Below are positions 32,340-42,102 of a stretch of 64,000 nt of DNA, piece by piece. The translations under genes and the position numbers were made by a program. How positions within the stretch are numbered: position 1 is the first letter of the stretch; the number at the start of each line of letters is the position of its first letter. The notes beneath the pieces are model-generated. The model ran no database searches, was not told where the DNA came from, and was given only the letters and a program-made list of their open reading frames with translations. Source of the DNA: an uncultured delta proteobacterium (lineage in GTDB: Bacteria; Myxococcota_A; Polyangia; Fen-1088); the NCBI GenBank assembly GCA_963755125.1, contig CAVWIP010000001.1:256001-320000 (forward strand), in the 5' to 3' direction.

Positions 32340-35300
32340 CTAGCGTGTCCGTCGCGGCTGCGGCGGGGGTACGAGGTCCACCGGCTCGTCAGGGCCAGGC
32401 GGCCCAATCAGATCGACCGGTGCGCCCAGGTCCACCGGTGCCGCGAGATTGGGCTCCAGATCGACCGGCACGTTGAGATCCACGGGCGGCTCGCTCGCGT
32501 CGCTGGGTGCAGCCAGCTGCTGGGTGAGTGGCCGAAGAGACGTTCGGCCCGCTGTTGTCGCTGTCTGCACCCGCGAAGACGACGGTCGCGGCGCGGGCTG
32601 CGCCCGACCGGTCGCCGAGACGGCTGGACTGGCTACCGGCGTCGGTCGCCGGGTCGGCTGCGCAGCCCGCGCCGCGGCTGAAGCCCTCGATGCCTGCGAC
32701 GGACGGACGAGCGGTCCTTGAATGCTTCCGGCTGGGGGGCTGGCCGAAGCGCCGCCTGCCACGGGGATCTCGATCGAGTCATCTGCTGCGGCAGAGGTGG
32801 TCGCACGGGGCACGGCACCCATATTGGCGGATGGTCGCTCGCCGGTGGCCGCGCCTGGAGGCACATTCGCGGTCTGTGACTTGCGTGCCACGGTCATATA
32901 GGGAAGGGCGTCGTCTACCTGGCGTTCGAGCGCGCGCGACGCGTGTTCCTGCCGTCGCTCCCACACCAGATTGATGGTCATTTCGTGGACCTTGGCCTTG
33001 ATCACGTGATACGGCCGCTCCACGCTGATACCCTTCGCAGTCACGTGGATGATGTGATAGCCCTTGGGCACCTTCAGGGTGACAGTGCCCTCCTTGGGTG
33101 TCCCCACCGCTTTGCTGCGCCCCTGGTCGAGCCACACGCGCGCCCCTTCGACCGGGCCGCTGTCGTCGACGACAGTGATCTTGAACTCCGCCTCGGACGC
33201 CTCCAGGTTGAAGACCACAAAGGCGGTCTTGCGGGGAAGTACTTCGGCCATTTCAAAGGGTTCGTTCAAGACCAGAACCTGGCGTCCTCGCGTGTAGACG
33301 CCGTACAGGTGAACGAAGTACTTGCCCTTGGGAATGCCCCGAAACGTCGTGCTGCGCTCGACCTGCCAGGCCTCGAAGCGCCGCTTGCGCTGGCCCAGCC
33401 ATTCCAGTTTCTTCACGTATGCTGTGGGGTTTTCGATCACCGGCGTCTTGTTGCTGTGCGAGATGAGGATAGAGAACATCTCTTCCTTGGAGTCGGGATC
33501 CCACTGCACTCGCACCACGATCGCGCCGCGGAACGAGATGACGGTCGCCCAGGTCACGGCCCCAGCCAGCGCCAGCACGCACAGGACTGCGAGCAAGGGA
33601 TTGATCATCACCAGGCCCGTGGATCGTCCTATGAGAGAGCTGCTGGCCTTGTGAACCTTCTGTTTGGCAACGTCAAACAGGATCAGCTCGACGGTCACCC
33701 AGGGCGCCAGCCCGGCCGGCTGGATGCGGTACATGAGCACGGCCTCGCCGCCCATGTCGTGCGCCAGAACCGCCAGCGCGTCCTCCGTGGTTCTGTTGGC
33801 AGGAAGCTCCTCGGTGCGGACCTTCGACCGCGAGGCGTTGAGTTCCCAGGGCGGGCGCATGAGCGCCTCAAGCAGGCCACTGGAAAGCCTCTCTGGCCGG
33901 ACCAAGAAGGGCCAGTAGAAAGGCTGGCCGCTTCCGGGCAGAGGCGCGATGGTCACCGCGGTCAGTGTCGGTTCGTAGAGCAGGTCGAACTGCTGCAGGA
34001 GCGTGTACAGGTTACGCGCCAAGGTCGAGGGCGGCCCCATCGGCTTCTCCGGCCCCTGGCCAGCGGCGTGAGCCTGTGTCGATTCGTCCTGGCGCGACCT
34101 GATTTCCTGGCTCAGCGCTGTCGCAGCCGGGTCGCTCCCTCCTACCTTGTCCAGACGAGCGCCGACCGCCTTGACTTGCGCCGTGCTCAAGTCCTGGACC
34201 TTGATGAGTGGAGCCGCCTGGCTGACCGGCGCGCCGCCGGTCAAAGCGCGCGCAGCCACGGTGGAGGCAAGGCCCGGCTCCTGCGGAGCGAGTTTCTGCG
34301 CGGCGGTCAGGGTAGCCGACTCCACCTGCGGGCCAAAAGTTCCGGGCGCCGATGCTGCCACAACCGGCAGGGCCGTGCGCCACTCGGAGGCAGGCCGGCC
34401 CAGCAAGGGCGATAGCGCCTCGTCGCGTTTCTCCACCGGATCGCCGCGTTCGATGGCCAGCGCAGCTCTGGCCACCGCCACGGCCGGAACGTTGCGCGCA
34501 CCCTTGAGAGTGTCAAGTTCGCGTTCAGCGGCGTCGAAATCCCGCAAGGCGATCTTGGCCCGCGCCTTGGCGGCGCGCAGGGCGATGTTCTTGGGGTCAG
34601 CCGCCAGACCCTCGTCGGCCAGTTCAACCGCGGTGGTCCAGTCGCCCATGAGCAGGCGGGCCTGCACGCGCGTCTGCTTGGGCAAGCCGGGCTCCTCGGC
34701 CAGGGAGCGGAGAACGTCGAGCACTGCGGACAAATGGGCGGCCGTGTTGGGCAGAGCGACCTCAATGGCCCTTGCTGCTGCGGCGGCGTCGCCAACCAGC
34801 AACGCCGCCTGGGCCGCCACAAAGGGACGCAGGTCAGCCAGACCCACGGCCGGGGCGTCGATGACGGTGGCACCGATGGCAGGGGCCAGGCGTTCGGCGA
34901 TCTGACGAGCCAGTTCGCCGAATTCGCCCATGGCGACGCTCACCGAAATGCGGCCGACTCGCTTGCCCGCGGGGCCATAGACCAAACCGGTTGCCATCAG
35001 GCGCTTGGACGACTGCTGCAACTGCGCAATGAGGATGCGGTCGGCGCCGAGTTGCTCGGCAAGCCGGGGCGCCAGGTCTTGGGTCGCGGTCAAACTGTCG
35101 CGCGGGGGACGGCCAGTGAGCGCTTCGATGGCAAGGGCCAGTTCGTGTCTCGGCACCATCTGGCGCTCTCCGGGCTTCAGATACGAGCGAAGTAGCATCG
35201 AGACCGCAGCGGCCTGTTCGCTGAGTTCCGGCGGCGCGCTGAGGTCCGGTAACGCGGTGGCGCCCTGGGCTGTCGCGGGCCGCGCCGGCGTCAGGACCGC

Positions 35301-35360
35301 GAGCAAGAGCACGGTCAGGAGAGTCGGACAAAGGCGAGCGCGGGCGCGGGGTGCGGACAT
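32340..35360 (-). CDS. Large bitopic membrane protein: signal peptide, TPR-like helical region, TM, PEGA/beta-sandwich-like domains, Pro/Ala-rich tail
   Basis: Signal ending PATA-Q, Ala/Leu-rich TPR-like repeats, TM LLAVLCVLALAGAVTWA, GARVWLD…VGTP…KVPKGYH, and C-terminal PVDL x5. Confidence 0.65.
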   Translation of the reverse strand: MSAPRARARLCPTLLTVLLLAVLTPARPATAQGATALPDLSAPPELSEQAAAVSMLLRSYLKPGERQMVPRHELALAIEALTGRPPRDSLTATQDLAPRLAEQLGADRILIAQLQQSSKRLMATGLVYGPAGKRVGRISVSVAMGEFGELARQIAERLAPAIGATVIDAPAVGLADLRPFVAAQAALLVGDAAAAARAIEVALPNTAAHLSAVLDVLRSLAEEPGLPKQTRVQARLLMGDWTTAVELADEGLAADPKNIALRAAKARAKIALRDFDAAERELDTLKGARNVPAVAVARAALAIERGDPVEKRDEALSPLLGRPASEWRTALPVVAASAPGTFGPQVESATLTAAQKLAPQEPGLASTVAARALTGGAPVSQAAPLIKVQDLSTAQVKAVGARLDKVGGSDPAATALSQEIRSRQDESTQAHAAGQGPEKPMGPPSTLARNLYTLLQQFDLLYEPTLTAVTIAPLPGSGQPFYWPFLVRPERLSSGLLEALMRPPWELNASRSKVRTEELPANRTTEDALAVLAHDMGGEAVLMYRIQPAGLAPWVTVELILFDVAKQKVHKASSSLIGRSTGLVMINPLLAVLCVLALAGAVTWATVISFRGAIVVRVQWDPDSKEEMFSILISHSNKTPVIENPTAYVKKLEWLGQRKRRFEAWQVERSTTFRGIPKGKYFVHLYGVYTRGRQVLVLNEPFEMAEVLPRKTAFVVFNLEASEAEFKITVVDDSGPVEGARVWLDQGRSKAVGTPKEGTVTLKVPKGYHIIHVTAKGISVERPYHVIKAKVHEMTINLVWERRQEHASRALERQVDDALPYMTVARKSQTANVPPGAATGERPSANMGAVPRATTSAAADDSIEIPVAGGASASPPAGSIQGPLVRPSQASRASAAARAAQPTRRPTPVASPAVSATGRAQPAPRPSSSRVQTATTAGRTSLRPLTQQLAAPSDASEPPVDLNVPVDLEPNLAAPVDLGAPVDLIGPPGPDEPVDLVPPPQPRRTR

Positions 35361-35471
35361 CGTGAGAATCTTCAATTGATCTTCGGCGGGTTTGCTCGAC
35401 AAATCAATGCCACCGCGAACCTCTTCAAGCGACGCAGCGCGATCGCGTCAGGGGGTGATAGAGTCGAGTCG

Positions 35472-36701
35472 ATGTTGAGGGGACTTTCTCCACTCGCCGC
35501 CGGCCTCGTCATGGTGGCCACGGTCGGCTGTCGTTCCAATCCCGACAAACCGATCGGGCCCGCCGACTCATACATCTTGTTTGCGCCGGTCGCGGGAAAG
35601 CTGGACGGCGCGCTTCCTGTCGTACGTCGTCTGGATATCAAGGACGAGACCGTGCAACCGCTGCCCCGGCTGCTCGAGTCGAGCTTCGCTTTCGAGATGT
35701 TGCGCACAACCTACTTGGCCAAGCAGTTCGTTCGCGAGGCCAGCGTGGATGGCCAACGGTTTTCGACAGCCGCACGACACGACGCTGCGGAGCCGACCTG
35801 TCTGGTCCTGGGGATCGAGCGACAGCCCTACGGACTCGGGTTGGCCTTGTCCCAGACCTTCGGCGGTCCCCAACCGCGTCCACGCCTGCCGTGGATTGGC
35901 CTTGCTGCCGATCCCTCTGCCGACAAGGCCCTGGTGCAGACCGTGGCCGGCCGCCTGGCCACCTATATCGCTCATTTCGTCGCCACGGGTGGGGCGCTCT
36001 CTGATGGGACCGCGCCCCCGCCGGTTTTGGTTGAAGGCTACCGCATTGCCATGGAAGTCATTGCGCGCGAGTGGCGGGTAGGGTCGGGCCCGGCAGGCGT
36101 GATCCAGGTCGAAGAGGGGTCAAGTGCACAGCGTGAGATCTTCTCCAACGTGCGCGAGAATCGATATGTCATGCGCCAGGATGCAGCGACCCTGCGCGAC
36201 GCACGCGAGTTGATCGATGATCCGGGCGTGGCGGCCACGGTCATCCATCGCATGGCCCAGTCGCGTGCGCTGGCCGGGCGGGTGGCGCCCGAAGCCTTCT
36301 ACGCGCCATTTGCCGCAGGCCGCTTTCCCCCGGGCGTGAGCCCGGCGGCCGTGCTGGGGACTTTCAGGAATTTCCAGGCCAAGTTTCTCGGCGCTTGGGC
36401 CGCGGCCGTGCTGCGCGGGCATGCTCCTCGGGACATGATCGACCTTGTCGATGTCTACGGGGCGACCTTTCCGGCCGAGCGCGCGGAAGCTGTCCGCATC
36501 TTCGTGGTGACAACATTCGGGGCGACTGCCAAGACAGGTGGCGTGTCGACCAAACCCCAGGACGCCACCCGGGCCCTTGCGGAGTTGACCGCCCTGACGG
36601 CCGAGGTTGTGGCAGCAAGACGCTCGTTGCGCGAGGCGCTGGTTGTCGGCTCTGCCGACGCAGGAACAGGGCAGGGCAGGGCGTCCGGCCCCGGACACTG
36701 A
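35472..36701 (+). CDS. Hypothetical lipoprotein
   Basis: Signal with lipobox ATVGC. Long ORF with coding-like codon usage, divergent from the previous gene. Confidence 0.65.
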   Translation: MLRGLSPLAAGLVMVATVGCRSNPDKPIGPADSYILFAPVAGKLDGALPVVRRLDIKDETVQPLPRLLESSFAFEMLRTTYLAKQFVREASVDGQRFSTAARHDAAEPTCLVLGIERQPYGLGLALSQTFGGPQPRPRLPWIGLAADPSADKALVQTVAGRLATYIAHFVATGGALSDGTAPPPVLVEGYRIAMEVIAREWRVGSGPAGVIQVEEGSSAQREIFSNVRENRYVMRQDAATLRDARELIDDPGVAATVIHRMAQSRALAGRVAPEAFYAPFAAGRFPPGVSPAAVLGTFRNFQAKFLGAWAAAVLRGHAPRDMIDLVDVYGATFPAERAEAVRIFVVTTFGATAKTGGVSTKPQDATRALAELTALTAEVVAARRSLREALVVGSADAGTGQGRASGPGH

Positions 36702-36780
36702 GACAGCGGGATAACTGGCGTCGTTTCGCGATGTTGCGGTATGAAAGCTCAATGACTTCTTTTGAAGAAAAGGGGGCGCT

Positions 36781-37785
36781 ATGAAGCGCGCACTTGTCAC
36801 TGGAATCACCGGTCAGGACGGCTCGTATCTGGCCGAGTTCCTCCTGGCCAAAGGCTACGAGGTCTTTGGCGTGATCCGACGCTCCAGCTCTTTCAACACC
36901 GAGCGCATCGACCGCATCTATCAGGATCCGCACAGCACCGACTACCGACTGCGCCTGGTGTTCGGGGATCTCGACGATGCGAGCTCGATCAACCGCATCA
37001 TTCAATCCACCCAGCCGACTGAGATCTACAACCTGGGCGCGCAGAGCCACGTGCGGGTCAGCTTCGACGTGCCCGACTACACGGCCAACACGGTGGCGAT
37101 GGGGACCTTGCGGCTGCTCGAAGCCGTGCGCGAGAGCGGGGCGCGCTGCCGCATGTATCAGGCTTCTTCCAGCGAGATGTTCGGCGCGTCGCCGCCGCCA
37201 CAGAACGAAGACACCGCGTTCCGTCCGCGCAGCCCCTACGCCTGCGCCAAGGTATTTGCGCACCAGCTCTGCCAGAACTACCGTGACGCCTACGGCCTAT
37301 TCGTCTGTTGCGGGATTCTGTTCAACCACGAATCTCCCAGGCGCGGCATACCGTTCGTCACGCGCAAGATTACGCGTTCGGCAGCTCGCGTCCTGCATGG
37401 GCTCGACAAGAAACTATTTCTGGGCAATCTGGACGCGCAACGCGACTGGGGATTTGCCGGCGACTACGTCGAAGCCATGTGGCTGATGCTGCAACAGGAT
37501 CGGCCCGATGACTACGTCATTGCGACGGGTGAATCGCACGCCGTGCGAGAGGTTCTCGACGTCGCGTTCGGCACGCTGGGCCTGGATTGGAAGAAGTACG
37601 TCGAGACCGACTCGCGTTACCTGCGTCCGACCGAGGTGGACCACCTGCGCGGTGACGCCAGCAAAGCCGCCGCCGAACTGGGCTGGAAGCCGCGTGTGCG
37701 ATTCCGAGAACTGATTGAAATGATGGTACGCTCGGATGAGGCCGACGTGCGAGCCACGCTCGCGGGTCGCGCGCCCAGCACCTAG
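36781..37785 (+). CDS. gmd: GDP-mannose 4,6-dehydratase
   Basis: [46 protein letters not shown] and [10 protein letters not shown]. Confidence 0.97.
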   Translation: MKRALVTGITGQDGSYLAEFLLAKGYEVFGVIRRSSSFNTERIDRIYQDPHSTDYRLRLVFGDLDDASSINRIIQSTQPTEIYNLGAQSHVRVSFDVPDYTANTVAMGTLRLLEAVRESGARCRMYQASSSEMFGASPPPQNEDTAFRPRSPYACAKVFAHQLCQNYRDAYGLFVCCGILFNHESPRRGIPFVTRKITRSAARVLHGLDKKLFLGNLDAQRDWGFAGDYVEAMWLMLQQDRPDDYVIATGESHAVREVLDVAFGTLGLDWKKYVETDSRYLRPTEVDHLRGDASKAAAELGWKPRVRFRELIEMMVRSDEADVRATLAGRAPST

Positions 37786-37819
37786 GCCCGAAAGACCTTC
37801 TCACCGTCGAGAGCCAGCC

Positions 37820-38542
37820 TTGCCACGAACACTCATCCTCATCCCGACCTACAACGAGCGAGAATGCGTCGAGCCCATCGTGGCCGCCGTGCGGGCCGCC
37901 GTGCCCGAGGCGACCATTCGGATAGTCGACGACAACTCACCTGACGGTACCGGCGCTGTGGCCGACCAGATCGCGGCGCGCGACCCGCAGGTGCGCGTGA
38001 TGCACAGGGCACAGAAGGCAGGGCTGGGAGCCGCGTACCTCGATGCCTTTACAGCGGCGCTGGCGGAGGGCTGGGAACGCATCGTGCAGATGGACGCGGA
38101 TTTTTCGCACAATCCCACGGATGTGCCGCGGCTCCTACAAGCCCTGGAAGATGGCGCCGACATGGCCGTGGGGTCGCGCTACGTAGCCGGTGGCGGCACC
38201 GCGAACTGGGGACTGGGCCGCCGGATCATCAGCCGTGGGGGGGGGGTGTACGCCCGGATGGCTCTCGGGGTCGGGGTTCACGATCTGACCGCCGGGTTCA
38301 AGGCATGGAAGGCCGCGACTCTGCACGGAATCGACCTCGGGGCGGTAAACGCCCGCGGCTACGGTTTCCAGATCGAGATGACCTACCGGACCTTGCGCGC
38401 CGGCTTTCGAGTACGCGAGGTGCCGATTCTCTTCGTCGACCGGCGCGTGGGCCTTTCCAAGATGTCGGGCTCGATCTTTTTCGAGGCGTTGACCCTGGTC
38501 TGGCGGCTTCGCCTTCGGGTCGCGAGAGAGAAATCCCACTAG
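37820..38542 (+). CDS. Polyprenol monophosphomannose synthase-like GT2 (DPM1/Ppm1 family)
   Basis: IPTYNE, VDDNSPDGT, QMDADFSH, GSRY, DLTAGF, FQIE and FVDRRVGLSKM. Probable TTG start at 37820. Confidence 0.9.
   Translation: MPRTLILIPTYNERECVEPIVAAVRAAVPEATIRIVDDNSPDGTGAVADQIAARDPQVRVMHRAQKAGLGAAYLDAFTAALAEGWERIVQMDADFSHNPTDVPRLLQALEDGADMAVGSRYVAGGGTANWGLGRRIISRGGGVYARMALGVGVHDLTAGFKAWKAATLHGIDLGAVNARGYGFQIEMTYRTLRAGFRVREVPILFVDRRVGLSKMSGSIFFEALTLVWRLRLRVAREKSH
38237..38246 (+). repeat. G10 homopolymer inside the GT2 coding sequence
   Basis: AGC CGT GGG GGG GGG GTG TAC, currently in frame. Confidence 0.9.
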
Positions 38543-38578
38543 AGGAGCGGACATTTACACATGGGCGCTACAATCCGA

Positions 38579-38606
38579 ATGTCCGATAACAGATATTATG
38601 TCAACT
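38579..38606 (+). other. dif: Chromosomal dif site (XerC/XerD dimer resolution site)
   Basis: ATGTCCGATAA-CAGATA-TTATGTCAACT in an AT-rich intergenic gap between convergent genes. It has 11-6-11 geometry, and the right arm resembles the E. coli XerD arm TTATGTTAAAT. Confidence 0.85.
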
Positions 38607-38732
38607 AGACAAACCGGCCGATTCCATTGCGTCTCGGACGCGGCGACGCCTCCGCATCAGGCCAGCACGCCTGTGACCTCGCCTCCTCCCCTCCGTGTTC
38701 TCAGCGGTTGGCCGCCGTGCAGTTGAAGCGGC

Positions 38733-39365
38733 TCATCCAGGCGGTGGATCGAGGCTTCGCTGTTTCCGGGTGCGCTGCTCGCGCAACTCGGCCAGCGCGA
38801 GGTCGAGTTCGGGTGAACGTGTGGACTGAGATTCGATGGCGGCGATGGCCCTGTCAAGGGTTGCAACGTCGGCAACCGTACGCGTGCGCAAGGCCGCGTA
38901 CATCTCGGCGAATTGGGCGAAGAAATCCTGCAACTCGTCCCCGCGGCGCAGTTGGCGCAGTGTGGGCGACAATTGATCGTCGCGAATGCGCCCGCAGGTA
39001 GAGGCGATGTTGTGAAGCGGTCCCGCCACCTTGTGGGTCAGCCAGATGCCGGCGGCCGCTATAGAGAGCACCAGAACCACGGCGAATCCCGCCATGCCAT
39101 AGAGAACGATGCGGTCACTGGCCTGGAATTGGGCCCGCAGCTCCGCCCCGGCAACCGGATCGGCCTGGACGGTCATCATGACGATGCGGGATGATACCTG
39201 CGTGGCCTGATAGACCTTGTAGCCAAGCACCCCGGTGAGGAGCACGGCCACCGCGATGATGAATGCCGTGTAGCGGAGCTGCAGCCCCACGTCGAGCAGA
39301 TAGTTGCGCAGCTTGCGCTGGCGCGCGAACGCCGCCCTGTCAGGTTTTTCGATTTGATTGGTCAT
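38733..39365 (-). CDS. Two-TM protein with a HAMP-like domain and no output domain
   Basis: GGAGG RBS, two TMs and THKVAGPL…LRRGDELQ. Confidence 0.75.
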   Translation of the reverse strand: MTNQIEKPDRAAFARQRKLRNYLLDVGLQLRYTAFIIAVAVLLTGVLGYKVYQATQVSSRIVMMTVQADPVAGAELRAQFQASDRIVLYGMAGFAVVLVLSIAAAGIWLTHKVAGPLHNIASTCGRIRDDQLSPTLRQLRRGDELQDFFAQFAEMYAALRTRTVADVATLDRAIAAIESQSTRSPELDLALAELREQRTRKQRSLDPPPG

Positions 39366-39384
39366 GCTTGTGTCTCCTCCCCGG

Positions 39385-40173
39385 CTAACCCCCTTGAGAA
39401 CGGAAGAATTCAAGTAGGCTGTCGCCCAGTTGGCCTGCCGTCGCCTCGATGCAGTCGCGTCGCGCGTTCAGCTTGTCGGCGTCGCGCCTGCCCCCCTGCA
39501 CGGCAGCGCCGGCGCTAGTCCACAGGATCACGGTCCTCGACGGCCAGCGGGCGACCATGATCTTGATCTCGCAACTGGTCTCAGCGCTGCCTCCCGACCC
39601 CGAGGAACTCTCTTCCAGACGAGCCACGTTGCCATCGATAAGGAAGCCGACGCGGCCGGCGCGGGCACGTCCCTTGGGCATTGGCGCGTCCGGAGCAAAG
39701 GTCAATTTTGGCAGTTTGGCGAGGGATTGCTGAAGCGAGCTATGCAACAAGGCGAGCAAAGTGGAATCCGCGGCCTTCGCGCCGCCGGTGAACGGGCCAA
39801 AGGTTACGAAGATCTTTCGGTCCTTGACCTCCTGGTCTTCGAGGGCGGAAAGCGCGACCTTGATCTGAGTGGCGACGAAGGGATCGGGCTCTCGCTCAAG
39901 AAGTGACTTGAGCGCCGCGGCGGCTGGTGCGCCGCCCAGCTTGCCCAGCGACTGCGCCGCCATGGCTCGCACCGACTTGTTCTCGTCGTCAAGTGCCTTG
40001 ATGAGCGCCTCGGTCCCGGCCTTCTCACCCAGCTTGCCCAAGAGCAGCGCCGCCTGCACGCGGACTTTGAAGCTGGGATCAGTCAAGAGTGCCTTGGATA
40101 GATCCTCGCCCTTGCCGCCCCAGCCTGGCTGCGCCGCAGTCAGGACAGTGAACGCCGTGGCGATCGCAGCCAT
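39385..40173 (-). CDS. Exported HEAT-repeat protein
   Basis: DPSFKVRVQAALLLGKLG…DENKSVRAMAAQSLGKLG repeats after a signal-like segment. The start could be further upstream (40365). Confidence 0.75.
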   Translation of the reverse strand: MAAIATAFTVLTAAQPGWGGKGEDLSKALLTDPSFKVRVQAALLLGKLGEKAGTEALIKALDDENKSVRAMAAQSLGKLGGAPAAAALKSLLEREPDPFVATQIKVALSALEDQEVKDRKIFVTFGPFTGGAKAADSTLLALLHSSLQQSLAKLPKLTFAPDAPMPKGRARAGRVGFLIDGNVARLEESSSGSGGSAETSCEIKIMVARWPSRTVILWTSAGAAVQGGRRDADKLNARRDCIEATAGQLGDSLLEFFRSQGG

Positions 40174-40361
40174 CAGGAGTCGCGACCGAGAGCGCCGAAC
40201 CGGTTGCCGAAACGAGTGGAATTGCGCAGGTGCGAGCGGCCCGAGGCGCAAGGAGGGAGAATGCTCGACGTATTTGACCGACGAGCAACGAAGGGACGCG
40301 AGGCAAATGGGCGACTTCACGACGGGAGGCAAACCGCTCGGCGCTCTGAAAGCCGCGGCGT

Positions 40362-41546
40362 TCATTCCGGCGTGCGCAGCCTCGGAGGTGGCCCGCTCGA
40401 AGGAAGCTCGATGACGAAGGCCGATCCACCTCGGGGGATGTCCTCTACCCAGATAGTCCCGCCGTGCACCTCGATGATCACCTTTGCCAGAGCGAGCCCC
40501 AGACCGTGACCGATTGGCACGTGCTTGCCCACCTGGGAATAGGGCTCGAAGATCCGTGTGCGCTGGTCCACCGGAACGCGGTCACGATCGCCACCCACAC
40601 TCGCACGGGTCAGCCCACCCGCGCAGGAAATCTGGACCCGGCACTGGCGGTTGACCGGCTGGCGCAGAACATGGGCAATCAGGTTGGCCAGTGCGTCCTG
40701 CAGGTAGGCAGGGTCGCCCTGCACCGGCTGGGCGTTGCTCGCGGCCTCGATGGCGATGGTCTTGTTGCGACTGCCGGTCGACGCCTCGATAGCAGACTTG
40801 GCTTTCTCAGCGATATCCGCCAGGGAGACCTGCTCTTCGCGCAGGGCGACCCGGTCCGACTCGAATCGTTCATAGTCGAGAACCGTGTGCAGGCCGTGCG
40901 TCATATCACGAAACAGGGCGCGGCAGTCATCAACGCACTCCTCGACCTCACCTTTGGGCGAAACCCGGCCGAGCGACGCGAGTTCCTGGGCCAGAAATTC
41001 AAAATTCGCCTGCACGGCACCAACGGAGTTCTGCAGATCATGGATCAGCCCGCCCACCCAGCGGCGTCGCTCCCGTATGGCGGTGCCCTGAACCATGCGC
41101 TTTTTCTCCTCCCGCCGGTAGAGGGCGTGCGTTCGCAAGAGAGCCCAGAGGCGGGCGCGCCGTTCGTCGCCGCTGGTGGCGGGGGAGAACATCGCGTCTG
41201 CGCCTGCGGTCACGGCGCGTAGCTGCAAAGCCTCACTGCGTTTGTCGTCCGTCCACAAGACAATCGGCACAAAGTGCGTGCGAGCATTTGCCTTGAGGCG
41301 GGCACAGAGATCGACGCCCCCGGCCGCGGTCACGCGCGTCTCGATCATCACCAAATTCGGGCGATGCAGCAGCACCTCTTCGAAAGCAGCGTCAGCGTCG
41401 CCAGCCACCTGAACGTTGATGCCCTCGGATTTGAGGAACTCAACCAGGGGCCGAGCGGTAGGTCGGCCCGACGCAACCACCAGGCCTTCGACCTGACCCG
41501 GGGCTGGTACGACATCGTTGCGTGTCGTCCGTTCAGTGGAGAGCAT
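40362..41546 (-). CDS. Receiver-domain / histidine-kinase hybrid with degenerate motifs
   Basis: N-terminal REC-like fold, H-box IHDLQN, F-box IFEPY, G2 GHGLGL and HGGTIWV. Confidence 0.8.
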   Translation of the reverse strand: MLSTERTTRNDVVPAPGQVEGLVVASGRPTARPLVEFLKSEGINVQVAGDADAAFEEVLLHRPNLVMIETRVTAAGGVDLCARLKANARTHFVPIVLWTDDKRSEALQLRAVTAGADAMFSPATSGDERRARLWALLRTHALYRREEKKRMVQGTAIRERRRWVGGLIHDLQNSVGAVQANFEFLAQELASLGRVSPKGEVEECVDDCRALFRDMTHGLHTVLDYERFESDRVALREEQVSLADIAEKAKSAIEASTGSRNKTIAIEAASNAQPVQGDPAYLQDALANLIAHVLRQPVNRQCRVQISCAGGLTRASVGGDRDRVPVDQRTRIFEPYSQVGKHVPIGHGLGLALAKVIIEVHGGTIWVEDIPRGGSAFVIELPSSGPPPRLRTPE

Positions 41547-41702
41547 TCGACGGCGAATCCCACGCCGGGAATCAAGGTATCAAAAACCGCGCAGAGTTTC
41601 AACGCTTAGCACAACGTATTGTCATGGCGCATCTACGAAAGATGCCCGTGAGCATACATGTAGGTTTTTTGACTTCATTGTGGGTTCTGGCAGTGTGTCA
41701 GC

Positions 41703-42098
41703 ATGAGAAACCGTGATTCTGCCGACCGAGCGCCCTTCCCTCCTCTCGAAGAAAAGCGCCAGCACCTGCGCTTCGACAAGGTCTTTCCCGTGCGAGTCGA
41801 GTCGATCCTGTTCGGCGAGCTGGACTGTGTGGCCCGCAACGTGTCGGCTGGCGGGATCTTCGTCGAGATGACCGAGCCACTCCCTCTGGGAGCGCACGTG
41901 CGGGTTTCGTTTCTCAGCTCTGACACCTCGGCCGAAATCGTCGCTCTCGGCGAGGTCAAGAATCACTACTTCATGAACTTCGCCAAGGAAGGCCTGACTC
42001 GCTCGGTGTCCGGCATGGCCGTTCGCTTCTACGCGTTCGAGAACGAAAGCCAGCAGATCCTGGCTGACTGTCTGGATCGGTTTCGAGTGCTGAACTAG
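41703..42098 (+). CDS. Stand-alone PilZ-domain protein
   Basis: RxxxR (RQHLR) and (D/N)xSxxG (NVSAGG) are both intact, plus GMAVRF. Confidence 0.88.
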   Translation: MRNRDSADRAPFPPLEEKRQHLRFDKVFPVRVESILFGELDCVARNVSAGGIFVEMTEPLPLGAHVRVSFLSSDTSAEIVALGEVKNHYFMNFAKEGLTRSVSGMAVRFYAFENESQQILADCLDRFRVLN

Positions 42099-42102
42099 CG
42101 CC

